64,000 bases of DNA from Eledone cirrhosa (taxonomy: Eukaryota), in NCBI GenBank assembly GCA_964016885.1, contig OZ024753.1:62001-126000 (forward strand). Direction: 5' to 3'. Shown piece by piece: positions 1-12,589 of the stretch (position 1 is its first letter; the number at the start of each line of letters is the position of its first letter). Both the position numbers and the translations under genes were made by a program. Under the pieces are notes generated by a model, which saw nothing but the letters and a program-made list of their open reading frames with translations, had not been told where the DNA came from and ran no database searches.

Positions 1-363
1 CACAATTCTCACGTATGTTGCATTATCACAAAAAAGAAAATATTAAAATATTAAATGAAAGGTGTCTGTTTGCTGGCAACTGTGTCTACAAAGAAATTCT
101 ACAGTCATGTGAAACAGCTATCACTCTTTTAGTTGAAATGCATTTCAGTTTCTTTTTAAATGATAGAAAAGGGACACTACAAAAACTTATGTCTATATAT
201 ACTAGCAGAAAAACGCCCAAAGGGCAGTTCTTCAGCTAGCATATATAAATATATGTCGTCTCTCTCGGTGTATGTGTGCATATATATATAATGATAAAAT
301 GCGAAATACTTTCAGATGTTAAAGTCCTTTATTGATAATGCTGCGATACATATTTGTATGACG

Positions 364-394
<31 letters not shown>

Positions 395-469
395 TAACAG
401 GGGAGAGTCATATTGTTATAAATATTGCAAGAAATAATAACAGAACACACGGTTTGGTTTGGGTTGTTT

Positions 470-745
470 TTCGGTGTAGGTGTTGATGAATGGCTTGTGA
501 GGACATTGCAAGCTTTGTACAGAGGTGCTGTCAGTAAAGTGAGGGTAGGAATGGAGTTTAGTGACAAATTCCAGATACAAGTAGGAATACATCCTGTTTA
601 CAGAAACTTATCTATGCTGATGATAAAATCAGTAGAAGAGCTTGAGAATAAATTCTGGCTATGAAAACAGAGTTGGAATTAAGAGGACTGAGAGTGAACA
701 TAGCTAAGACAAAATTGTTGATGAGTAGAAAAGAGGACAAAACTC
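470..745 (+). pseudogene. RTE-clade LINE reverse transcriptase fragment (internally deleted)
   Basis: Translates GVDEWLVRTLQALYRGAVSKVRVGMEFSDKFQIQVGIH, then YADD-like and KGLRVNIAKTK; homologous to the 49.4-52.1 kb ORF. Confidence 0.85.
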
Positions 746-751
746 AGCGGA

Positions 752-1582
752 GAAGGAAACTATGAATAAAATGGCAAGCTGTGTGGTTGCATTTAAGTAT
801 AATGAAAAGAAAAGTTATGGGCAAAAGAGGGCAATATCCATCGTCAGTTGTCTGCTAGGAATCATAGGCATTTCTTCGCGTTAGAGACAAGATGCCTCAA
901 CCTAGGGCGAACAATAACTAAAATAAGTTATTGGAATAAAAAAAGGGGGAGAGAGAAAAATGGATACACACATGAAGGGTGAAGAAACGAAAAGAGGAAA
1001 AATCAAGTCAACAACTCATTTTGAACATAAGTTCTGGTGGGTTTAACGAGAAAAAAAAATGCATGTCTTCACTGTAGCAGTGTGAGTGAGAGAAGAGACT
1101 GCTTTAGAAGTGGCAGGTTAGCCGAGAGAAGGTGACTAGCAGAAGAGGGAGAAGGGGGAGAGAGAGCATAGCAACAAGGGGATAGAAGAGAGATGGGTCA
1201 CAACTGAGAAGAAAACTATGTGAATAAAATGGCAAGCTGTGTGGTTGCATTGAAATATAATCAAAATAAAAGTTACGGGCAAAAGAGGGCAATATCCATC
1301 GTCAGTTGTCTGCTAGGAATCATAGGCATTTCTTCGCGTTAGAGACAAGATGCCTCAACCTAGGCCGAACAATAACTAAAATAAGTTATTGGGATAAAAA
1401 AGAGGGGAGAGAGAGAGAAAAATATAAACAGACACAAAGGCTGAAGCAACAAAAAGAAAGGAAAAAAAAAAAAAAAAAAAAAAAAACGAGTGAACAATTG
1501 ATTTCGAACACAAGTTCTGGCGGGTTTGATAAGAAAAAAAGACACATTCACTGTAGAAGTGTGAGCAAGAGAAGAGACAGTT
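752..1582. repeat. Tandem direct duplication, period ~458 bp
   Basis: aaactatg..aataaaatggcaagctgtgtggttgcatt through gagaagagac occurs at ~752-1103 and ~1208-1582. Confidence 0.9.
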
Positions 1583-1744
1583 ACGGACGAGGAAGGAAGT
1601 GAGCTAGCGGAGGAGTGAGTGAAAATAAGAGAAAGCCAGAAACATACATATATATATATATATATATATACATACATACAAATATATGCATATATACATA
1701 CATATAAATATATACATATATACATATATATGGTGGTTGCCAAC

Positions 1745-2335
1745 TCTTTTTCGAGTACGGCCCCTACTTTATATCCATGTAGGAGAACCCCTACCGATGG
1801 GCTGAACGAGTGTGACGTTTTAGTCCAGCCAGTGACTTGAAAACTCTGGTACAAACACTACACTTGTGACAATTATTGACAGTGCTGGGCCAATCGTACC
1901 ATGTGACGACGAGTGCAGAGAGATCTCCAGATATAAAGCAATGCCTGTGCTGTGAAGCTTTTATAGTGAGCAAAGGCACTGCACAAAGCCAGTCCCACTC
2001 TCTTAACCAAGATGATATTTACCAAAAAGCAAAACAAGTCAACATCATTGGATACCATCAGGGTTGCAGGTGTTATATCAGAGTTTTCCTTCTAGAATTC
2101 TGCCTTGACACAGGCTAAGGGGTCATCTCTCCCGGTGATTTTGGATGGCCATTGACTCTTAAGAGCTCCTTTGCCCTTTGACAGGTTTTGTTTTTAGTCC
2201 TGCAGGATGTCCAAAGTCACCCTCCTCACCAAGAAACCTTAGTGGGGTTGCCAGTTTAGTCGCCAACGACCCGACCATGAGACAGGTTGTACTGGGATAC
2301 ATGTTACCAGTAGCACCAACTGGTGACCTGACATA
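1745..2335 (-). mobile_element. Short, probably bipartite non-autonomous RTE-type element (5'UTR-like part joined to a 3' end encoding a C2H2 finger)
   Basis: Minus ORF ends HKCSVCTRVFKSLAGLKRHTRSAHR* (CxxC-x12-HxxxxH); the same 3' end recurs at 29561-29688; upstream part has GAAGGAAAACTCTG, a motif I recall from RTE 5'UTRs. Confidence 0.55.
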
Positions 2336-2351
2336 ATATATATGTATGTAC

Positions 2352-2382
<31 letters not shown>

Positions 2383-2383
2383 A

Positions 2384-2822
2384 GTGAGATGCGCGACGCT
2401 GCATGGTAGTGAGACATGGACAGCAACTGCAGAGGGTATGCGATGGCTGGAGAGAAATGAAGCAAGCACGCTCCGTTGGATGTGCAATGTCAATGTGCGG
2501 GAACGACCAAGCATAAACGAGTTGAGAGAGAAACTGTGTTTAAGAGGGATAAGTTGTGGTGTGCAAGAGAGGACTGAGATGGTATGGGCATGTGATGCGC
2601 ATGGAGGTTGAGCGCTGGGTAAAGAAGGGAGACGCAGTAGAGGAAGACCACGAAAAACATGGGTGGAGGTGGTGAGAGCCGACTTCAGATCGCTGAAACT
2701 CACCAAGGAGATGACGAAGGACCGTGACAAGTGAAGAGATGCTTTGCTCAAGAGGACCTGTCCCACCCTTTCAAGCAGGGAAAAGCGGACGTAAAATGAT
2801 GAACAGACGATGATAATGATGC
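2384..2822 (+). pseudogene. RTE LINE 3' end (RT C-terminus plus short-type tail); repeated in every array unit
   Basis: LHGSETWTATAEGMRWLERNEASTLRWMCN...RGRPRKTW; ends cccacccttt caagcagggaaaagcggacgtaaa atgatga. Confidence 0.9.
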
Positions 2823-3289
2823 TCTCTATATATCTATCTCTCTATCAATCTATCCAGATATCTGTGCATCAGTCTATCTATTTACCTGCACTTCTCACTC
2901 CGTCTCAGGATCACCGAGACATCACCAACAACCAACCCACGCTGTGGGAAACAGTCCTCCCCGGGGCACACCCTGGTACTTCACACCATCTGTCTGTCTC
3001 GCTGCCTAACTACCGAGAAATCCGGCTTCTGTGCTTGCCTAATTTGTAGGTTATTAGGCAGTTGGCAGGTTTGCGGAAGTTGGTTTTGCAAATGGTTAAA
3101 ACACTTGCATCACGAAATTCAAATAGCATCACTCCTTGTTTTATCTTTCTCGTCTTTACCCAGGCCTGCATAAGTTAGTGTTACGGTTAGTGTTACTGTT
3201 AGCGTTACGGCTAGTTTTAGGGTTAATTGAGAGCAAGAAACTGCTGCTAGGTAAAGACAAGAAATTCTGCATTTACAAGCAATTTTTAC

Positions 3290-4285
3290 AAACAGCCACA
3301 ATGACAGGACGGAGACATCGTTATGCTAGCAGGGGATTTCAATGGTCATGTTGGACAGCTCTACGATGGTTACACCGAGGTACATGTTGGGCACACTTAC
3401 GGCTTAAGAAATGAAGCAGTGAAACTTCTTGAATTTTGCGATGCAATTGCACTAACCATCTACAACACTAACTTACACAAATCTGCCAACCACCTAATAA
3501 CCTACAAATCAGGCAAGCACATAAGCCAGATTGACTTCTTGCTAGTTAGGCAGCGGGACAGGCAGATGGTGTCAAATACAAAGGCATACCCCGGGGAAGA
3601 ATGTACCCCACAGCATAGGTTAGTCGTTAGTGATATCTCATTAAGCAAGAGACTGAATGAGACATACAGGAAGGTGTGGAAAAAAGAAAGGTCTGGAAGC
3701 TAAAAGAGCTCTCACTAAAATACAAATTTAGGAAAGCCCTTCAATATGTGTATGATGAAAAAGAAGACGATTTAGAGTCGTACAACATAGATGATAACTG
3801 GAATTTCTTATGCGATACCTTACCGCAGGTTACTGATGAAACTTGTGGCTGGATCAGAGTTCCAACCAGACAGAGAGTGACATGGTGGTGGGACAGCACG
3901 GTAGATCGGGCCATTGGAGACTAAAGACTAGCATGGAATGCTTGCAAAATTAGTGCGAGTAGAGAAGAATATACAGCCGCTAAGAGAGAAGCTAGACGTC
4001 AGGTGTACTTAGCATGCAAGGAGGCTGCTCGACGACGTGCGCTGTTCCGTACTGCAAGGCAGTGTGTCAGTGAAAATCGGGATTAAGTCTGCCCGCAATG
4101 ATGCCGCTGTACTTTGTGTCACGAATGAGTGTTGATGAGTAGAAAAGAGGACAAAACTCTATTCCGTCAGGGAAATGGCCATGTTCGATATGCAGAAACG
4201 GAACTGGCATAAATTATATAAAACGTACACAAAAGATCGAGTGCGATAGCAGGCACGTAGTGGGATAGCAGGCAAACTAACAGCA
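3290..4285 (+). pseudogene. RTE apurinic-like endonuclease/linker fragment fused to a PHD remnant; repeated in every array unit
   Basis: AGDFNGHVG, SQIDFLLVR, QHRLVV, VTWWWD motifs with frameshifts; jumps at ~4125 to SGKWPCSICR. Confidence 0.9.
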
Positions 4286-5264
4286 TATTTTGATTATAAT
4301 AAAACAAATAATAATAGTAATAATAATAATAATAATCGTCATTGTTCTTTTCTTCTGTGCCTTTCTTTGCCTTCTCTGTCATCTGAATAACAAAAATAAA
4401 AGAAAAAAAGAATCTTAAACATATGTTGCCTTTACAAAGTGCTGTGATCAAAGTAGCTTTTAAGCAATTTCCTAACTAACAAACAACATCAACAAAATAT
4501 ATACAAATATCTTTGAATGTCAAGTCCACCAAGAGAAAATAGTCATAATGTACTTACAGATACAATGCTAGGGACTCGCATCAATGAGTTTTAGTAGAAA
4601 ATGACTGACTGACTGTTGAGGGGACAGAGGTGTGTTTTCAAATATTTATCAATTCACAACAAAGCCTCACAAAGCTACATCATAATGCAAACTCACAACA
4701 CCCTTCTTATGCAACCTCACCAAGCAACCCCACAACACAACCTCACGTTCACAATTCACAACACTCAACAAGGCATTCGTTATCTAGGGTTTACAGTAAA
4801 CATAGCGAGGTAAAACACCCAGTACACTCTGTAAAGTGGTCATTAGGTTAAGATTAAACTGAAATCATACCTCCATTGTCGTTGGCGTATATTTTCTCTA
4901 AAACTTAATTTCATTGCTTTCATTTCTCTTCTTTTTCTTCTATTCCATCTAAATATGAAAAAAAAATTATACAGGTCATTTCGTCTTATCAAGAGGTCCA
5001 TTTAAAAAAAAAAAAAAAAAAAAAAAAAACCGAGATAATACCTTAAAATAATGGTAAAAAAAGTGTTTAATTACGAAAATCCTTTGAAATAACTTCCTCG
5101 CTCTTACTGGTCATACCTGCAAAACACAAAACACTAGCGTTAGCGTGAACAGTGCAGTGCAGTGCAGTGCAGTGCAGTGCAGTGCAATTTAGTATGGTGC
5201 AGTTTAGTGGCACAGTACACTGTAAAACATTTAGCCAATCTCTCAGACATTTACAAATCTTTCA

Positions 5265-5296
<32 letters not shown>

Positions 5297-5300
<4 letters not shown>

Positions 5301-5803
5301 GAGAGAGAGAAATTACCCTCAGTAGATCAGACAGAGGGACCAGCTATTGAGATTAACGAATATAGGGTCCAAGAGGCGATTAAGGAAATGAAAAATGGTG
5401 AGGCTGCTGGACCATCGGAGATAGTTGCTGAGATGCTGAAGGCCTCAGGGGACGTAGGCACTAAACTGGTTGCACACATCATCAATCAGGCTATATATGG
5501 CAGTGTCATACCCAAAGACTAGTGCAAAAGTAAAGGGGACGCTCTTGAGAGGAGAAATTATAGGGATATAAAACTGATGGATCAGGTTATGAAAGTGGCA
5601 GAAAGGATATTAGCACAACTAATTAGAGAAAGGGTCAAACTAGATGAGATGCAGTTTGGTTTTGTGCCTGGGAATAGTACAACAGATGCCCTCTTCTTGA
5701 TGAGACAATTACAAGAGAGGTTCTTAGAGAAAAATAAGCCACTATACTTAGCCTTTGTTGACCTAGAGAAGGCCTTTGATAGGGTACGCCGATCTGTCAT
5801 CTT
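5297..5803 (+). pseudogene. RTE RT N-terminal fragment; repeated in array units
   Basis: GEAAGPSEIVAEMLKASG, NYRGIKLMDQVMK, QFGFVPG, AFVDLEKAFDRV. Confidence 0.92.
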
Positions 5804-5807
5804 ATTA

Positions 5808-5962
5808 TTTAACCTATAAATGGGGCCCCAACAGGTACTACTACACCAGGCCAGAGCAGACCTGGGAGTTATGACAACTAAGGGGGTAACTCCACGTTCC
5901 CCACAGTTCCTCCTGAACTTGAGCCTTGCCACTGGATGTAGTTTAATGTCATACCCAGGACA
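5808..5962 (-). mobile_element. SINE-like interspersed repeat fragment; in each array unit and at ~23630-23785
   Basis: GC-richer 155-bp block (minus: tgtcctgggtatgacattaaac...actcccaggtctgctctggcctggtgtagtagtacctg) interrupting the RT and followed by a TA microsatellite; resembles a recalled abundant molluscan SINE body. Confidence 0.55.
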
Positions 5963-8659
5963 AATATATACATACATATATATATATACATACACACATA
6001 TATATATATATATATATACATATATACAAATATATATATGCGTACGAAAGTGTGGTTACATGATGCCTATGCGAGATGTGCGACCCTGCATGGTAGTGAG
6101 ACATGGACAGCAACTGCAGAGGGTATGCGATGGCTGGAGAGAAATGAAGCAAGCACGCTCCGTTGGATGTGCAATGTCAATGTGCGGGAACGACCAAGCA
6201 TAAACGAGTTGAGAGAGAAACTGTGTTTAAGAGGGATAAGTTGTGGTGTGCAAGAGAGGACTGAGATGGTATGGGCATGTGATGCGCATGGAGGTTGAGC
6301 GCTGGGTAAAGAAGGGAGACGCAGTAGAGGAAGACCACGAAAAACATGGGTGGAGGTGGTGAGAGCCGACTTCAGATCGCTGAAACTCACCAAGGAGATG
6401 ACGAAGGACCGTGACAAGTGAAGAGATGCTTTGCTCAAGAGGACCTGTCCCACCCTTTCAAGCAGGGAAAAGCGGACGTAAAATGATGAACAGACGATGA
6501 TAATGATGCTCTCTATATATCTATCTCTCTATCAATCTATCCAGATATCTGTGCATCAGTCTATCTATTTACCTATAAACACCCTCCTCACTCCGTCTCA
6601 GGATCACCGAGACATCACCAACAACCAACCCACGCTGTGGGAAACAGTCCTCCCCGGGGCACACCCTGCTACTTCACACCATCTGTCTGTCTCGCTGCCT
6701 AACTACCGAGAAATCCGGCTTCTGTGCTTGCCTAATTCGTAGGTTATTAGGCAGTTGGCAGGTTTGCGGAAGTTGGTTTTGCAAATGGTTAAAACACTTG
6801 CATCACAAAATTCAAATAGCATCACTCCTTGTTTTATCTTTCTCGTCTTTACCTAGGCCTGCATAAGTTAGTGTTACGGTTAGTGTTACTGTTAGCGTTA
6901 CGGCTAGTTTTAGGGTTAATTGAGAGCAAGAAACTGCTGCTAGGTAAAGACAAGAAATTCTGCATTTACAAGCAATTTTTACAAACAGCCACAATGACAG
7001 GACGGAGACATCGTTATGCTAGCAGGGGATTTCAATGGTCATGTTGGACAGCTCTACGATGGTTACACCGAGGTACGTGTTGGGCACACTTACGGCTTAA
7101 GAAATGAAGCAGTGAAACTTCTTGAATTTTGCGATGCAATTGCACTAACCATCTACAACACTAACTTACACAAATCTGCCAACCACCTAATAACCTACAA
7201 ATCAGGCAAGCACATAAGCCAGATTGACTTCTTGCTAGTGAGGCAGCGGGACAGGCAGATGGTGTCAAATACAAAGGCATACCCCGGGGAAGAATGTACC
7301 CCAAGCAAGAGACTGAATGAGACATACAGGAAGGTGTGGAAAAAAGAAAGGTCTGGAAGCTAAAAGAGCTCTCACTAAAATACAAATTTAGGAAAGCCCT
7401 TCAATACGTGTATGATGAAAAAGAAGACGATTTAGAGTCGTACAACATAGATGATAACTGGAATTTCTTATGCGATACCTTACTGCAGGTTACTGATGAA
7501 ACTTGTGGCTGGATCAGAGTTCCAACCAGACAGAGAGTGACATGGTGGTGGGACAGCACGGTAGATCGGGCCATTGGAGACTAAAGACTAGCATGGAATG
7601 CTTGCAAAATTAGTGCGAGTAGAGAAGAATATACAGCCGCTAAGAGAGAAGCTAGACGTCAGGTGTACTTAGCATGCAAGGAGGCTGCTCGACGACGTGC
7701 GCTGTTCCGTACTGCAAGGCAGTGTGTCAGTGCAAATCGGGATTAAGTCTGTCCGCAATGATGCCGCTGTACTTTGTGTCACGAATGAGTGTTGATGAGT
7801 AGAAAAGAGGACAAAACTCTATTCCGTCAGGGAAATGGCCATGTTCGATATGCAGAAACGGAACTGGCATAAATTATATAAAACGTACACAAAAGATCGA
7901 GTGCGATAGCAGGCACGTAGTGGGATAGCAGGCAAACTAACAGCATATTTTGATTATAATAAAACAAATAATAATAGTAATAATAATAATAATAATCGTC
8001 ATTGTTCTTTTCTTCTGTGCCTTTCTTTGCCTTCTCTGTCATCTGAATAACAAAAATAAAAGAAAAAAAGAATCTTAAACATATGTTGCCTTTACAAAGT
8101 GCTGTGATCAAAGTAGCTTTTAAGCAATTTCCTAACTAACAAACAACATCAACAAAATATATACAAATATCTTTGAATGTCAAGTCCACCAAGAGAAAAT
8201 AGTCATAATGTACTTACAGATACAATGCTAGGGACTCGCATCAATGAGTTTTAGTAGAAAATGACTGACTGACTGTTGAGGGGACAGAGGTGTGTTTTCA
8301 AATATTTATCAATTCACAACAAAGCCTCACAAAGCTACATCATAATGCAAACTCACAACACCCTTCTTATGCAACCTCACCAAGCAACCCCACAACACAA
8401 CCTCATGTTCACAATTCACAACACTCAACAAGGCATTCGTTATCTAGGGTTTACAGTAAACATAGCGAGGTAAAACACCCAGTACACTCTGTAAAGTGGT
8501 CATTAGGTTAAGATTAAACTGAAATCATACCTCCATTGTCGTTGGCGTATATTTTCTCTAAAACTTAATTTCATTGCTTTCATTTCTCTTCTTTTTCTTC
8601 TATTCCATCTAAATATGAAAAAAAAATTATACAGGTCATTTCGTCTTATCAAGAGGTCC

Positions 8660-8690
<31 letters not shown>

Positions 8691-11600
8691 CCGAGATAAT
8701 ACCTTAAAATAATGGTAAAAAAAGTGTTTAATTACGAAAATCCTTTGAAATAACTTCCTCGCTCTTACTGGTCATACCTACAAAACACAAAACACTAGCG
8801 TTAGCGTGAACAGTGCAGTGCAGTGCAGTGCAGTGTAATTTAGTATGGTGCAGTTTAGTGGCACAGTACACTGTAAAACATTTAGCCAATCTCTCAGACA
8901 TTTACAAATCTTTCAAGATATATATATATATATGGGAGAGAGAGAAATTACCCTCAGTAGATCAGACAGAGGGACCAGCTATTGAGATTGACGAATATAG
9001 GGTCCAAGAGGCGATTAAGGAAATGAAAAATGGTGAGGCTGCTGGACCATCGGAGATAGTTGCTGAGATGCTGAAGGCCTCAGGGGACGTAGGCACTAAA
9101 CTGGTTGCACACATCATCAATCAGGCTATATATGGCAGTGTCATACCCAAAGACTAGTGCAAAAGTAAAGGGGACGCTCTTGAGAGGAGAAATTATAGGG
9201 ATATAAAACTGATGGATCAGGTTATGAAAGTGGCAGAAAGGATATTAGCACAACTAATTAGAGAAAGGGTCAAACTAGATGAGATGCAGTTTGGTTTTGT
9301 GCCTGGGAATAGTACAACAGATGCCCTCTTCTTGATGAGACAATTACAAGAGAGGTTCTTAGAGAAAAATAAGCCACTATACTTTGCCTTTGTTGACCTA
9401 GAGAAGGCCTTTGATAGGGTACGCCGATCTGTCATCTTATTATTTAACCTATAAATGGGGCCCCAACAGGTACTACTACACCAGGCCAGAGCAGACCTGG
9501 GAGTTATGACAACTAAGGGGGTAACTCCACGTTCCCCACAGTTCCTCCTGAACTTGAGCCTTGCCACTGGATGTAGTTTAATGTCATACCCAGGACAAAT
9601 ATATACATACATATATATATATACATACACACATATATATATATATATATATACATATATACAAATATATATATGCGTACGAAAGTGTGGTTACATGATG
9701 CCTATGCGAGATGTGCGACCCTGCATGGTAGTGAGACATGGACAGCAACTGCAGAGGGTATGCGATGGCTGGAGAGAAATGAAGCAAGCACGCTCCGTTG
9801 GATGTGCAATGTCAATGTGCGGGAACGACCAAGCATAAACGAGTTGAGAGAGAAACTGTGTTTAAGAGGGATAAGTTGTGGTGTGCAAGAGAGGACTGAG
9901 ATGGTATGGGCATGTGATGCGCATGGAGGTTGAGCGCTGGGTAAAGAAGGGAGACGCAGTAGAGGAAGACCACGAAAAACATGGGTGGAGGTGGTGAGAG
10001 CCGACTTCAGATCGCTGAAACTCACCAAGGAGATGACGAAGGACTGTGACAAGTGAAGAGATGCTTTGCTCAAGAGGACCTGTCCCACCCTTTCAAGCAG
10101 GGAAAAGCGGACGTAAAATGATGAACAGACGATGATAATGATGCTCTCTATATATCTATCTCTCTATCAATCTATCCAGATATCTGTGCATCAGTCTATC
10201 TATTTACCTACACTTCTCACTCCGTCTCAGGATCACCGAGACATCACCAACAACCAACCCACGCTGTGGGAAACAGTCCTCCCCGGGGCACACCCTGCTA
10301 CTTCACACCATCTGTCTGTCTCGCTGCCTAACTACCGAGAAATCCGGCTTCTGTGCTTGCCTAATTCGTAGGTTATTAGGCAGTTGGCAGGTTTGCGGAA
10401 GTTGGTTTTGCAAATGGTTAAAACACTTGCATCACAAAATTCAAATAGCATCACTCCTTGTTTTATCTTTCTCGTCTTTACCTAGGCCTGCATAAGTTAG
10501 TGTTACGGTTAGTGTTACTGTTAGCGTTACGGCTAGTTTTAGGGTTAATTGAGAGCAAGAAACTGCTGCTAGGTAAAGAAAAGAAATTCTGCATTTACAA
10601 GCAATTTTTACAAACAGCCACAATGACAGGACGGAGACATCGTTATGCTAGCAGGGGATTTCAATGGTCATGTTGGACAGCTCTACGATGGTTACACCGA
10701 GGTACGTGTTGGGCACACTTACGGCTTAAGAAATGAAGCAGTGAAACTTCTTGAATTTTGCGATGCAATTGCACTAACCATCTACAACACTAACTTACAC
10801 AAATCTGCCAACCACCTAATAACCTACAAATCAGGCAAGCACATAAGCCAGATTGACTTCTTGCTAGTGAGGCAGCGGGACAGGCAGATGGTGTCAAATA
10901 CAAAGGCATACCCCGGGGAAGAATGTACCCCAAGCAAGAGACTGAATGAGACATACAGGAAGGTGTGGAAAAAAGAAAGGTCTGGAAGCTAAAAGAGCTC
11001 TCACTAAAATACAAATTTAGGAAAGCCCTTCAATATGTGTATGATGAAAAAGAAGACGATTTAGAGTCGTACAACATAGATGATAACTGGAATTTCTTAT
11101 CCGATACCTTACTGCAGGTTACTGATGAAACTTGTGGCTGGATCAGAGTTCCAACCAGACAGAGAGTGACATGGTGGTGGGACAGCACGGTAGATCGGGC
11201 CATTGGAGACTAAAGACTAGCATGGAATGCTTGCAAAATTAGTGCGAGTAGAGAAGAATATACAGCCGCTAAGAGAGAAGCTAGATGTCAGGTGTACTTA
11301 GCATGCAAGGAGGCTGCTCGACGACGTGCGCTGTTCCGTACTGCAAGGCAGTGTGTCAGTGCAAATCGGGATTAAGTCTGTCCGCAATGATGCCGCTGTA
11401 CTTTGTGTCACGAATGAGTGTTGATGAGTAGAAAAGAGGACAAAACTCTATTCCGTCAGGGAAATGGCCATGTTCGATATGCAGAAACGGAACTGGCATA
11501 AATTATATAAAACGTACACAAAAGATCGAGTGCGATAGCAGGCACGTAGTGGGATAGCAGGCAAACTAACAGCATATTTTGATTATAATAAAACAAATAA

Positions 11601-12288
11601 TAATAGTAATAATAATAATAATAATCGTCATTGTTCTTTTCTTCTGTGCCTTTCTTTGCCTTCTCTGTCATCTGAATAACAAAAATAAAAGAAAAAAAGA
11701 ATCTTAAACATATGTTGCCTTTACAAAGTGCTGTGATCAAAGTAGCTTTTAAGCAATTTCCTAACTAACAAACAACATCAACAAAATATATACAAATATC
11801 TTTGAATGTCAAGTCCACCAAGAGAAAATAGTCATAATGTACTTACAGATACAATGCTAGGGACTCGCATCAATGAGTTTTAGTAGAAAATGACTGACTG
11901 ACTGTTGAGGGGACAGAGGTGTGTTTTCAAATATTTATCAATTCACAACAAAGCCTCACAAAGCTACATCATAATGCAAACTCACAACACCCTTCTTATG
12001 CAACCTCACCAAGCAACCCCACAACACAACCTCACGTTCACAATTCACAACACTCAACAAGGCATTCGTTATCTAGGGTTTACAGTAAACATAGCGAGGT
12101 AAAACACCCAGTACACTCTGTAAAGTGGTCATTAGGTTAAGATTAAACTGAAATCATACCTCCATTGTCGTTGGCGTATATTTTCTCTAAAACTTAATTT
12201 CATTGCTTTCATTTCTCTTCTTTTTCTTCTATTCCATCTAAATATGAAAAAAAAATTATACAGGTCATTTCGTCTTATCAAGAGGTCC

Positions 12289-12322
<34 letters not shown>

Positions 12323-12555
12323 GAGATAATACCTTAAAATAATGGTAAAAAAAGTGTTTAATTACGAAAATCCTTTGAAATAACTTCCTCGCTCTTACTG
12401 GTCATACCTGCAAAACACAAAACACTAGCGTTAGCGTGAACAGTGCAGTGCAGTGCAGTGCAGTGCAGTGCAGTGCAATTTAGTATGGTGCAGTTTAGTG
12501 GCACAGTACACTGTAAAACATTTAGCCAATCTCTCAGACATTTACAAATCTTTCA

Positions 12556-12589
<34 letters not shown>

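Noticed and set aside
1791-1875. Host C2H2 zinc-finger gene exon
   Set aside because: Single finger without a TGEKP linker, followed by a stop and a UTR repeated at 29561; fits a LINE C-terminus
2200-2335. Canonical HDV-like ribozyme
   Set aside because: P1, P2, P3/L3 and P1.1 could not be placed in the required order; kept only as a low-confidence structured leader
4290-5270. Short ORFs and poly(A) in the AT-rich part of the array unit as a retrocopied gene
   Set aside because: No recognisable protein similarity; low complexity; no TSD seen
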